Below, in pieces: positions 1 through 9,376 of a stretch of DNA of 64,000 bases (positions are counted from its first letter, which is position 1; each line of letters starts with the position of its first letter). A program made the translations under genes and the position numbers. Source of the stretch: a virus. Location: positions 17,141 to 81,140 of IMG/VR virus record IMGVR_UViG_3300020185_004330; one strand, given 5' to 3'. The notes under the pieces are model-generated. The model searched no databases, was not told the origin of the DNA, and was given only the letters and a program-made list of their open reading frames with translations.

Positions 1-2
1 CT

Positions 3-482
3 TTTTTAATAACAAAAATGGACAGATATGACCCGTCAAAAGGAACTAGAGCTTTCGCTTTTTTTGGAACTATAGCAAAACATTATTTGATGGGGGAAAA
101 AAAGATTTCTTACAAAAACATACAAAGCAATGTTAGTCTGGAGGGTTCTTCTGCTGAAATTAACTTAGAAGAAGGGAATGAAGATAGACAAATGGATTTA
201 GAGTCTGAAAAAGTAAATAATGTAGTTTTTAGAGAAGTTATAAAAAAATTAGAATTAGAACTATTGAATCCTAAAGTTTTGCCTAATGACAAAAAGGTTA
301 TGGAGGCTATTATATTTATATTCAACAGACATGAAGTGATTAATATATATAACAAAAACTTATTATACCACCTCATTAAAGAAAGAACAGATTTACAAGC
401 TAAAGAAATAACATATTCCTTAACAAGAATAAGAAGTATGTACAAAGAATTTAAAGAGATGTTTTTAAAGACCTTAAATTAA
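3..482 (+). CDS. Phage RNA polymerase sigma-factor-like protein (5'-truncated by window edge)
   Basis: Frame is open to the window start (FLITKMDRYDPSKGTRAFAFFGTIAKHYL), resembling the sigma-70 region 2 FDPxKG..F..YA motif; C-terminal helical/HTH-like segment. Confidence 0.55.
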   Translation, partial: FLITKMDRYDPSKGTRAFAFFGTIAKHYLMGEKKISYKNIQSNVSLEGSSAEINLEEGNEDRQMDLESEKVNNVVFREVIKKLELELLNPKVLPNDKKVMEAIIFIFNRHEVINIYNKNLLYHLIKERTDLQAKEITYSLTRIRSMYKEFKEMFLKTLN

Positions 483-527
483 TGGTCTTTTTTTTGTCAA
501 ATATATTTATTTATAAATAGTAATGTT

Positions 528-884
528 ATGGATAATAAAGAAAAACCAAAAGATTTAGAATCTATGTTTAAAGAGCTTTTAGATAAGTCTTTAAAAAACA
601 TGGAAGAAGAAAGAGATTTATCTCTAGAAAGATATAGAAGGCAAGATGAAACTATAGTCAGTCCTGAAGATTTTGTTTTACAAGGAAAGTTTGCTGTGGA
701 TTATTTAAAGGTAGCTGCTGAACGCTCTAACTCAATGATAGGCGTTGCTAAAATGATAAAAGATATAATATATAAAGAAGGTTCTGGTTCTGAGTCTGTC
801 AGCTCTTCAGGAGCTCCAAATGACGAAATGAAAAGAGAGATATATAAATACATAAAAGGAAACAAAGAAGACTCAACTGAATAA
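528..884 (+). CDS. Hypothetical protein
   Basis: 118-aa ORF, A-rich leader, co-oriented with neighbours. Confidence 0.7.
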   Translation: MDNKEKPKDLESMFKELLDKSLKNMEEERDLSLERYRRQDETIVSPEDFVLQGKFAVDYLKVAAERSNSMIGVAKMIKDIIYKEGSGSESVSSSGAPNDEMKREIYKYIKGNKEDSTE

Positions 885-893
885 AATTAAAAA

Positions 894-3854
894 ATGCCAT
901 TTAAAACACCTTTAAATTCAGTATTAACAGAAAGTCAAGACAAAGCTCTTTCTAAGTTAAATTCGCTTAACACCTATGTTACAGCGCCAAAAAGAGTGTT
1001 TCAAAATTTAAAAAAAAGTCAACAAATAAGCACTTTTGACTTATCTGGCAAATTTCTAGATTCAATAGCAGGTCCAGGAATTAAGGATGCTGTTATGCAA
1101 CAGTTTACAAGAAAAATTTTTGCCACATATGGAGAAGACCAGTTTTTACTAGAAGACATAATAATAAAAGCTCTATCAGAATCATTAGATTCTAGAGAAA
1201 TATATTTAGCACCACAACTTCCAAGTGGAACAACTATTGAGTCCTTAACTGGTGGCACATCAGCGGTTACAAATGTTGTAGAATACACTTTTACAGGCAT
1301 TGAAAGACAGGAGGAAAGGGTAAAAGAGAATGTGGCTACTCAATATAGCTATGTAATAGAGTCTATAACAAACCCAGATGATATAGAAGTAAGAAACGGA
1401 GTAGCTTACACTAAGCGTTTTATATTTAGAAATAATATAGGTATACCAGGTTTAATATACAAAAGAGCAGGCAATAGAACTGATGAGGAAATAATCAACA
1501 AAGCTAAAGAGCAGACTGAAGGAGATGGGTTTACTGCTTCAATTAATAATATATTTTACCCACCAGAGGGCACTGTTGTAGAAGTTGATAAGCTTATAGC
1601 TGGAGGTAAGTTTGTTGAAGTTACAAGCAACATACCAGATAAGCTTCCAAAATTAATTGTTGGCACTTATTCTGGAGACACTGGTATGACGATTGATGAA
1701 GTTGTTACGCAAGTAAAGTTAGATATGGGCAATGAAGGATTCTTCTCTCAAGAAAGAGGAATTGAATATCCTCCTACAGGAACTCTTCAAGAAGAGGTGT
1801 CAAGTCTAAGGGGAGATATATCAGGAGAAGTATATGATATAGATGGTAGATATGTGACAGGTGCTTTAGTTGAGATTGTTGGTGCAACACCGCCTTTGGG
1901 TGTCTTAACAGACGCAGATGGGCAGTATTCAATAACTAACCTTACTGCAGGAAAATATGTATTTAAAAGCTCTGCAGCAGGTTACGACTCCACTTTTTTA
2001 GAGGTTGAAGTAAGTGATAGGAAAGATGTTATTAATTATGGAAATTTTAGATTGACCGCAAGCACTATTGATGTCAATGCCTCAGGAACAACCACAGGAA
2101 CAACCACAGGAACAACCACAGGAACAACTGTGGTCAATGGAGACATATATAACACTGCACAGACCACCTCTCAAACAACAAATACTACGGGGGGAACTAC
2201 AGATACAATTAATATCAACTATCAATATTCTACAATAGCAGAGCCTTTATTGTATGAGTTCGATTATCAAAATTTACCACCTAATGCACCAAATGATAAT
2301 TATGAAAGTATATTACTGGTAGTTACAAATAACAGAGGAATACCACCAGCCACTATCACTATAGGCCCTATAGAGGAGGACGGTTTGTTTCAAAACTATA
2401 TTGAACTTAATGAAGAAAAAAACAGATGGATAGAAGCTTTTAATGATTCTGATACAATATATTGGGACGGAGAAGAGTATCCTGGAAGAACAGGCGATTT
2501 ATATAGATTTTCCATATCCAACAATGCAGGCTTACCAATATATGAATTTTCACAATCTGGTGATACTGCTGAAAGTAACTTAAAAAATTCTTTTACAACA
2601 GAAAGGATTGTTAGCGGCGTAACATATCCACCAGAAGGAGCTCAGTTTTTTACTGGTAATAGTGTGGCAGATTCTTCAACATTTTTAGTGACAGGAAATA
2701 CTGGCAGTACTCTAGTGGTTGATTCTTTTGATAATTTTGTTGGAAGTGTAGAGGCCAACATAACTATAGACCAAGATGTTTTAAATGCAGGATTAAGCGG
2801 TATTACTGGTGATTTGAAAAATCAATTAGCTGGCGCATTCTCTTTTAATGTAAATCCAGACGATATAGGTTTGAGTAATAGAGAATATTTAGACAAATAT
2901 TTAAAACCAGTACTAAATGCTGGAAAAAGAGCTTTAGTTGCTCAAATTATTAAAATGATTTTTGGACCTAAAGAAATCATGAGCCCAGACCCAGAAGTTC
3001 AAGAAAAACTCTTAAATTCAGCCGCATGTGGAGAGACTATGTACTCACTATCTAATAATCCTAGTGTAACTGAAAAGGAATTAGAGTTTAATAGAGTCCA
3101 ATTAAAAAAGCAGTTAGAAGCAGGAAAGGTAGAACTAACCGTATCTTGTCAGAAGGTTGAAATAAAACTACCAGAAAACTTTGAAGAAGAATTTGATTTA
3201 AAACCATCTGAAGATGTAGGGTTGCCAGAATCTCAAAGGCCTAACCCTGCAGAGTCTTTAACTCTAGTTAGTAATTATGTCCAATCAGAAATGCAAAGAC
3301 AAAGAAATGAAGAAGACTCAACCCAAGTAAGACAGAGTTTCTTTCAGATAATGATTGAAAAAATAATGCAATACATTAGTGTAGCGTTTGCTTATAGTCC
3401 TGAAATAGGTCAAGTTTTCAGTGTATTAAATACTGAACTTGCAAAAACAGGAAAGGAGTCAATTAGTCCAAAAGAACTTCTTTCAAGCCCTTGTGAAATA
3501 ACTTCAGCATGTAAGAGTGACAATAAAAAAGATTTTGAAGAAAAATCATCATTTTCTAAAAGTATAATAAATTCATTGTACTCTTTAGTTCTTTCTATGT
3601 TAATTAAAAAACTTATTTCAGAAGCTAATTCAAAAATAAGAAAATTAATACAAGAAAAGGCGAAGGAAAAAATACTAAAACTAATAAGAAAGCAAAAAGA
3701 AAGGTTTAAGTTTTTAAGCAAATTAGATGGAGCTATAGATAAGGCTCAGGAATACAAAGACCAAGTTAAAGGTGCTGGATTAAAGGATATCTTTTCATTC
3801 ATAGACAAAAAGAAAGAAGAAGGAGGAGAGTCTGATGAAACAGATACTCTTTAA
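894..3854 (+). CDS. Large putative virion protein with a carboxypeptidase-regulatory-like (transthyretin/Cna-B type) domain
   Basis: 986 aa; ISGEVYDIDGRYVTGALVEIVG...LTDADGQYSITNLTAGKYVFKSSAAGY matches the CarboxypepD_reg-like pattern; upstream of baseplate genes. Confidence 0.55.
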   Translation: MPFKTPLNSVLTESQDKALSKLNSLNTYVTAPKRVFQNLKKSQQISTFDLSGKFLDSIAGPGIKDAVMQQFTRKIFATYGEDQFLLEDIIIKALSESLDSREIYLAPQLPSGTTIESLTGGTSAVTNVVEYTFTGIERQEERVKENVATQYSYVIESITNPDDIEVRNGVAYTKRFIFRNNIGIPGLIYKRAGNRTDEEIINKAKEQTEGDGFTASINNIFYPPEGTVVEVDKLIAGGKFVEVTSNIPDKLPKLIVGTYSGDTGMTIDEVVTQVKLDMGNEGFFSQERGIEYPPTGTLQEEVSSLRGDISGEVYDIDGRYVTGALVEIVGATPPLGVLTDADGQYSITNLTAGKYVFKSSAAGYDSTFLEVEVSDRKDVINYGNFRLTASTIDVNASGTTTGTTTGTTTGTTVVNGDIYNTAQTTSQTTNTTGGTTDTININYQYSTIAEPLLYEFDYQNLPPNAPNDNYESILLVVTNNRGIPPATITIGPIEEDGLFQNYIELNEEKNRWIEAFNDSDTIYWDGEEYPGRTGDLYRFSISNNAGLPIYEFSQSGDTAESNLKNSFTTERIVSGVTYPPEGAQFFTGNSVADSSTFLVTGNTGSTLVVDSFDNFVGSVEANITIDQDVLNAGLSGITGDLKNQLAGAFSFNVNPDDIGLSNREYLDKYLKPVLNAGKRALVAQIIKMIFGPKEIMSPDPEVQEKLLNSAACGETMYSLSNNPSVTEKELEFNRVQLKKQLEAGKVELTVSCQKVEIKLPENFEEEFDLKPSEDVGLPESQRPNPAESLTLVSNYVQSEMQRQRNEEDSTQVRQSFFQIMIEKIMQYISVAFAYSPEIGQVFSVLNTELAKTGKESISPKELLSSPCEITSACKSDNKKDFEEKSSFSKSIINSLYSLVLSMLIKKLISEANSKIRKLIQEKAKEKILKLIRKQKERFKFLSKLDGAIDKAQEYKDQVKGAGLKDIFSFIDKKKEEGGESDETDTL
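2083..2128 (+). repeat. 12-bp tandem repeat (CAGGAACAACCA x ~4) encoding a GTTT linker
   Basis: Read directly in the sequence; protein reads GTTTGTTTGTTTGTT. Confidence 0.95.
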
Positions 3855-3882
3855 TAAAAAATAAAACATAATATTTATAAAC

Positions 3883-4299
3883 ATGGGATGCATAAAGGTA
3901 GATGAAAAATTACAAAAATCAGAAGAACTTTCTAAGTTTATACTATTCTTATTTAAAGAAAATAGAGTTAAGATACCTAAGTTTAGTTTGTTTCAAATAT
4001 TATTATCCAAAACTAGACCTGGTCTAGATAGCGACTCCATAAGTTCAGAAGTTATTTCAAAGTTTGAAAAAATAGGAATTCCATCTGGACCACTTGAAAA
4101 TGGTACTCCAAACGTCATGGAAGAATACACTAAGGTTATGACAGATGAAATAATAGATGCTATACAAACAGATATGAGAGTTGACGTTGCGATAGATGTT
4201 GGAATGACTGTTTTAGGAACTGGAGCAAATGCAGGTGGACCAGTTGTTACTACTGGCTCCAATATTGCTCCTCATAGTGGAAGCGGTTTAGCTACTTAA
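3883..4299 (+). CDS. Hypothetical (probable structural) protein
   Basis: 138-aa ORF in the baseplate operon. Confidence 0.65.
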   Translation: MGCIKVDEKLQKSEELSKFILFLFKENRVKIPKFSLFQILLSKTRPGLDSDSISSEVISKFEKIGIPSGPLENGTPNVMEEYTKVMTDEIIDAIQTDMRVDVAIDVGMTVLGTGANAGGPVVTTGSNIAPHSGSGLAT

Positions 4300-4304
4300 A
4301 AAAA

Positions 4305-4472
4305 ATGATGAAAGAAGTAGAAAAAAGAAATAAAACTCAAATACTAAGAGAGATTCAGGATACTGTAGATAAGTTTTTTGAAAAAAAAGAAATGATTGAT
4401 TCTCTGTTGAAAGATGTAGAATTTTTGGAAAAAAAATATTACGAATTAAAACAAGAGGCAAAACAAAAATAA
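4305..4472 (+). CDS. Small hypothetical protein (55 aa, below the ORF-track cutoff)
   Basis: MMKEVEKRNKTQILREIQD...KQK; fills the gap exactly between two co-oriented genes. Confidence 0.6.
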   Translation: MMKEVEKRNKTQILREIQDTVDKFFEKKEMIDSLLKDVEFLEKKYYELKQEAKQK

Positions 4473-4473
4473 A

Positions 4474-5523
4474 ATGGGCGGATTAGATGGTATGGCTGAT
4501 AGCCTTAATATTATGGGAGGCCAAAGCTCTGTCTTTGGAAGTGCTACAAAAGGGGATAAGATAATATATCTAGCGAGAGTGGTTGACAATGTAGACAGGT
4601 CTAACATGGGTAGAATACAGGCTAATATTATAGATTTTAATGATGCAAATGGAGAGGAGCAGCCAGGCAAAGACAAGAATGATAACATACCCAAATATGC
4701 ATTTCCCTTAATTTATCAATTTGTAAATGTAATACCTAGAATTGGAGAGTTAGTATACATATTTTTAGAAAACCCAAAAGACCAATCATCAAGAAGATTT
4801 TATATAGGACCAATAAGAAGTGTAAAAAAACAACAATCAAACTTTGAAAGCACTTCTTCCGCAAATAGTTTATTTACTGTAAATTCATATGGACAAAGAG
4901 ATGCGGGAAATCAACCTATAAATAACGAATCTTACTTTTCAAATGACCACATTAGAATAGATGGAAAAAACGACTCTAATATAACATTTAAACCTAGAGA
5001 GGTTTTAATTACTGCAGGAGAGTTACAAAATAATAGTTTTGATTTAAACACAGAGACTCAGTGCTTCATTCAAATGAAAGACAATCTTGCCATAATAAAA
5101 CAAGAAGTTACCTCTAATCAAGGTGCAACAGTTGGCGAAGTTCCTACAGAACTTTTGGTCAGAAGAGCTTACTCTCAGCAAAACATCGTGGCTTCAAATA
5201 TTAATTTAATATCATCTGATTCTTTATCAAGACAAAACAGACCTTTAAATAAAGATGGAAGTTTAAAAGATTTATCAAACGTAGAAATAACAACAAACCC
5301 AGACTTAGAAATTTATGGAGTTGTAGCCAAAGAGCTACATCCGTTAGTTTTGGGAGATGAATTAGTAAAAGTTTTAAAGGTAATAATCCGATTTTGCTTA
5401 AATCATAAACACACACCTCAAGAGAAGCCTTATGCTACAGAAGAAGAAATTAATCTATTAAATGATTATTTGGCTGACGAAAACATATCTGCTATATTAT
5501 CCAAGTCTGTAAGAACAAATTAA
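4474..5523 (+). CDS. Baseplate hub/central spike protein, T4 gp5/VgrG-like N-terminal OB fold
   Basis: YLARVVDNVDRSNMGRIQANI and PRIGELVYIFLE are OB-fold motifs; C-terminal PLVLGDELV...NHKHT spike-like tail. Confidence 0.75.
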   Translation: MGGLDGMADSLNIMGGQSSVFGSATKGDKIIYLARVVDNVDRSNMGRIQANIIDFNDANGEEQPGKDKNDNIPKYAFPLIYQFVNVIPRIGELVYIFLENPKDQSSRRFYIGPIRSVKKQQSNFESTSSANSLFTVNSYGQRDAGNQPINNESYFSNDHIRIDGKNDSNITFKPREVLITAGELQNNSFDLNTETQCFIQMKDNLAIIKQEVTSNQGATVGEVPTELLVRRAYSQQNIVASNINLISSDSLSRQNRPLNKDGSLKDLSNVEITTNPDLEIYGVVAKELHPLVLGDELVKVLKVIIRFCLNHKHTPQEKPYATEEEINLLNDYLADENISAILSKSVRTN

Positions 5524-7388
5524 GCAGTTCTTATCAATATGTCCGAATCTGGGTATCTTACTTCAAACATAGATAACGGAGTTGAATATATCGCATTATC
5601 TATAAAGTTTATTTCTGTCCTTCTAGCTCTACCAGTAATACCAGAGGCGCCAGCAGACAACAACTCCGCAACTCCATTTGCTTGAGATATTAATGTCGAA
5701 GAATAGTTTCCTCCATCTAGATTGTACGCCCTCATACCAGAAACGTTTATAACGCCCGGCACTTCTCTTAATATGTCTGTAACTTGAGCTACATATACAT
5801 GTTGACCCATGTCCCATTTATTTACATCAAAATAATCTTTTAGCTGTTGAAGTGCACTAACTTTTATTTCATTACTATTAAAGCTTTTGTCTGTAAGCAA
5901 ATCTATTTCAAAAGATAAATTTACCACTTTAGCATTATTTATTTCAAGAAAGTCATTTATCATTCTAAACTTAGACAAATAATTAACCATATTATTTTTA
6001 ATTAAACTAGAGCTTTTTTCTGTTAATTTTCCATTTCCATCTTTAGACAATACGTACAACTGCGCCTTGTTGTCATTTACTCTTCCACTAACTCTAAATG
6101 GTGCGCCAAACTTACCTGGCATTTGTTTGGCTCTAGATACGTAATCTTCTATTGTAACACATCTTTCTTGTGCTGCGAAATTACTAGATGCTGCATATCT
6201 AATTTCTTGAACCGAAGGAAGTCCTCTACCTCCTAGCGCTGGTATTATATTAGTTCCTTTAGTCGAAGAAAGGGTAGAGTCGTTAAGTCTTGCGTCAGTA
6301 CCTTGTATTAGCGCATTTATATTGCTAATACTATTCAGTACGTTTGTACCAACATTAGAAGATTCACCGCCCCCAACTCTATATTTCACAAAAAGGGTAG
6401 ATTCTGAAGGCAACTTTTCTCCAAGAGAAGTATTATTCAAAACCCTTTCGTAACTAACCTCACCAGAGTTAGATAGTGCTAAGCTATTTAAGTATTCAGC
6501 ATAAGCGTCAACGTTAGGCGTTCCCCCTCCAAACGTAAGCCTACAAGAGCCATTTGATAAAAATTCTTTTGTAAATCTTTTGTTTACAGTAACCCATTTC
6601 CCAAACGAAAAAGAACCTTCAGAATCTCCCGTGTCCTCTGTAAAAACTTCACTTTCTGACAAGTGGTCTACCTCATGGTATTTTTTGCTAAAATCTTTAT
6701 AATCAGAATAGGCGGGTGGCTCAGTTATGTTAGAACCTGGCATTACAATCACGTCCAAAACCTCTAATACATTTGTTTCTGGCAATAGGACTTCCAAAAA
6801 AGGCGTTTCAGCATCAATGTCAGTTATTCTTTGACTTAAAACGGTTGTAGTCCCCGCAACCACAAACTCTCTTTTTGTTATATTGTATCCCAATATATTT
6901 TGTGAAGAGTCAAAAATTGGATTAACAGTCCTGTTAGTTACGCCAGCCTCAGAAAAGTCATTAGAAAAATCTATCTGATTAGCAGTTTCAAAAAACTGAC
7001 CAACGCCTTCAAGCCTAACCCCAGGTCGAAAAATTGGAAGATATTGAGAATCTGGCCCAGTAGATATTGCTGGAACTCTTACTGTAATGTCAACTAAAGT
7101 AGAACTACCCCTCACGCCGGGCACTTTGTAACCTAATGTTTTTGCTATTCTATAAGCTGAAGAACTTTCAGATACTCCATCTAAAAACAGTTCATTAAAT
7201 CTTTTGTCAGTATAGTATGATAACAAATCTGAAACATAAGCCAATAAATCAACTAACGCCATTCCAGCACTAGAAACATTAAAGTCTTGCCATTGTTTTG
7301 GGAAATATATTTTTAAAACCTTTTCAATATCTAACCTTATTGTAGAAAAGTCTCTTTTAAGATAATCTTGTTTTTTTATTTCTGGCAT
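5520..7388 (-). CDS. Baseplate wedge subunit (T4 gp6/baseplate J-like)
   Basis: DYLKRDFSTIR, DFNVSSAGMALVDLLAYVSDLLSYY, AKTLGYK, YRVGGG, RCVTIEDY are typical gp6 motifs. Confidence 0.85.
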   Translation of the reverse strand: MPEIKKQDYLKRDFSTIRLDIEKVLKIYFPKQWQDFNVSSAGMALVDLLAYVSDLLSYYTDKRFNELFLDGVSESSSAYRIAKTLGYKVPGVRGSSTLVDITVRVPAISTGPDSQYLPIFRPGVRLEGVGQFFETANQIDFSNDFSEAGVTNRTVNPIFDSSQNILGYNITKREFVVAGTTTVLSQRITDIDAETPFLEVLLPETNVLEVLDVIVMPGSNITEPPAYSDYKDFSKKYHEVDHLSESEVFTEDTGDSEGSFSFGKWVTVNKRFTKEFLSNGSCRLTFGGGTPNVDAYAEYLNSLALSNSGEVSYERVLNNTSLGEKLPSESTLFVKYRVGGGESSNVGTNVLNSISNINALIQGTDARLNDSTLSSTKGTNIIPALGGRGLPSVQEIRYAASSNFAAQERCVTIEDYVSRAKQMPGKFGAPFRVSGRVNDNKAQLYVLSKDGNGKLTEKSSSLIKNNMVNYLSKFRMINDFLEINNAKVVNLSFEIDLLTDKSFNSNEIKVSALQQLKDYFDVNKWDMGQHVYVAQVTDILREVPGVINVSGMRAYNLDGGNYSSTLISQANGVAELLSAGASGITGRARRTEINFIDNAIYSTPLSMFEVRYPDSDILIRTA

Positions 7389-7406
7389 AATTTGTTATTT
7401 TGATTT

Positions 7407-7793
7407 TTATACAGATTCTCTGGCTATATTTAATGTTACTGAATCAGTTTTAAATGATTTGTCTATTCTAAACGTAATATCTATAGAAAGGAAGTTGTTT
7501 TCTTCTTCTTCAAAAAACTGTATGGCAGTTATAGATATTTGTGGTATAAATTCTGATACTTTTTTTTCTATGTCTTTTTTTAGTTCAGATTTTATAAAAC
7601 CATCCAAAGGTTCCATTATGTAATCATATATCGGAGAGTAAAGAGAGCTTCTCATAGGCCTTTGACCTCTTCTAGTTGTTAATAGAGATATTAAATCAGC
7701 CTTTAAAGCATTTGCTGTGGTTTTAGTCGTTTCAAAAACGCCACCTGTAACTGTTTCTTTAAAGGGAAAATCGATATTTATACCGTTAGCCAT
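7407..7793 (-). CDS. Baseplate wedge subunit gp25/GPW-like
   Basis: INIDFPF...LISLLTTRRGQRPMRSSLYSPIYDYIMEP; likely start is ATG 7793 rather than the track's 7826. Confidence 0.85.
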   Translation of the reverse strand: MANGINIDFPFKETVTGGVFETTKTTANALKADLISLLTTRRGQRPMRSSLYSPIYDYIMEPLDGFIKSELKKDIEKKVSEFIPQISITAIQFFEEEENNFLSIDITFRIDKSFKTDSVTLNIARESV

Positions 7794-7916
7794 TATTATT
7801 CTTTTTTTTATAAATAGTAAATGCAAAAAAAATAAAGACTTTTTTCGGGCACTATTTACATATATACAATAAATATTATATAATATATATTATTTCAAAT
7901 AAAAATAAACTATAAA

Positions 7917-9323
7917 ATGGGAAGACTTAGAATTTATCCTAAAAAAAACAACACAATAGCTTCTGGCTATTTTGAAAACTTTAATTCAGCACTGAATCCT
8001 GGTACCATATTATGGTATGGAGGAACTGGCACTAGGTCAAGTGTATCTAAATTTTTAATGGAATTTGATTTGGAAGACTTGAAAAACAAGCTGGCATCTA
8101 AAGAAATTAATTCAGATTATATATCATCTTATAGGCTTAAAATGACAAATGTAATACCTGACGGAGAACTTTTAGATAGTGAATTTGAGTTTGCAAAACT
8201 AAGAAAGAAAGTGGCCTCATCTTTTGATTTGATTGTTTTCCCGATAAATAAAAGCTGGGATGCTGGTAGAGGTTATGATTTAATGGGTTCTGAATATATA
8301 AAAATTAGCGAAGGAGACACTAATTTAACAGGGTACTCTAACTGGAATAGTGCAACTAGTGTAGACTTTTGGGATGAGCCTGGCATATTCACTAATCCAA
8401 CTGCTTCAACTGCACAAAATTTTAGTCAACATTTTGATGTTGGAGATGAAAATTTAGATGTAGATATAACCCCTTTGGTGAACGACTGGTTAAGTGGAGG
8501 CTCTCAAAATAATGGTTTAGCAGTATCTTACGCTAGAGAGTATGAGTTAAATTCTGGAGACACTAGATACTTGTCTAGATTCTATACAAATAATACAAAT
8601 ACAGCGTTTAAACCATATTTGGAGGTAGTTTATGATGAGCAAATAATAAGAGAAGATAGGTTAAGAGTTGCTAATAATAGAGCTTCTAGGTTATTTCTTA
8701 ATTTATTTAGCGGAAACACTGCTGCTAATTACTTTTCAGCAGGAACAGTATCTATCAAAACAACTTCAAATCAAGATGTAATTACTGGCCTTGTTCCTAA
8801 GCAGTTAACTAAAGGCGTTTATTACGTAGACATATTAATGACAGGGGCAACTAAAAATCAAATATATAAAGATGTTTGGAGCGACATAACATTTGAACCA
8901 GGTGTTGACAAACAAACTTTTGAACAAAAATTTCAAATTCTAGGAAACTATTACAATAATTATCCTAAGGAAATAAATCAATATGTTGTTGATTTATATG
9001 GAATATCTAATAACGAAATTTTAAAAAAGGGAGAATTAATAAGAGTTTACGCAGAAACTAGAGTTGAATATAGCACAAAGTCTCCCAATGAATATTATGG
9101 GTTAGAGTACAGAATGATTCAAAATGAAATAACAGAAACTATTCCTTGGTCTTCCTTTAATACAATAGTTATAGATGGGTGCGCTAAAGAGTTTATGGAC
9201 TTAGACACTTCTTGGTTACTATCCAACCAAAACTACACAATAGAACTAAGAGTGAATGAGCTTGGAACAAAAAGAGTTTTAGACGAAAAAATTTATTTTA
9301 GAATTTTTGATGAAAGAGATTAA
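7917..9323 (+). CDS. Putative virion protein (DNRLRE-like beta-sandwich)
   Basis: FLMEFDL, KSWDAGRG, NLDVDITPLVNDWLSGGSQNNGLAV pattern; structural-module context. Confidence 0.5.
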   Translation: MGRLRIYPKKNNTIASGYFENFNSALNPGTILWYGGTGTRSSVSKFLMEFDLEDLKNKLASKEINSDYISSYRLKMTNVIPDGELLDSEFEFAKLRKKVASSFDLIVFPINKSWDAGRGYDLMGSEYIKISEGDTNLTGYSNWNSATSVDFWDEPGIFTNPTASTAQNFSQHFDVGDENLDVDITPLVNDWLSGGSQNNGLAVSYAREYELNSGDTRYLSRFYTNNTNTAFKPYLEVVYDEQIIREDRLRVANNRASRLFLNLFSGNTAANYFSAGTVSIKTTSNQDVITGLVPKQLTKGVYYVDILMTGATKNQIYKDVWSDITFEPGVDKQTFEQKFQILGNYYNNYPKEINQYVVDLYGISNNEILKKGELIRVYAETRVEYSTKSPNEYYGLEYRMIQNEITETIPWSSFNTIVIDGCAKEFMDLDTSWLLSNQNYTIELRVNELGTKRVLDEKIYFRIFDERD

Positions 9324-9376
9324 GATTTATTTACTTTTTTAAAAAAAACACTAAAATAATAACATATCTAATTTCT

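Noticed and set aside
2083-2128. 12-bp tandem repeat as a regulatory or contingency locus
   Set aside because: In-frame Thr/Gly linker; a unit change would not alter the reading frame.
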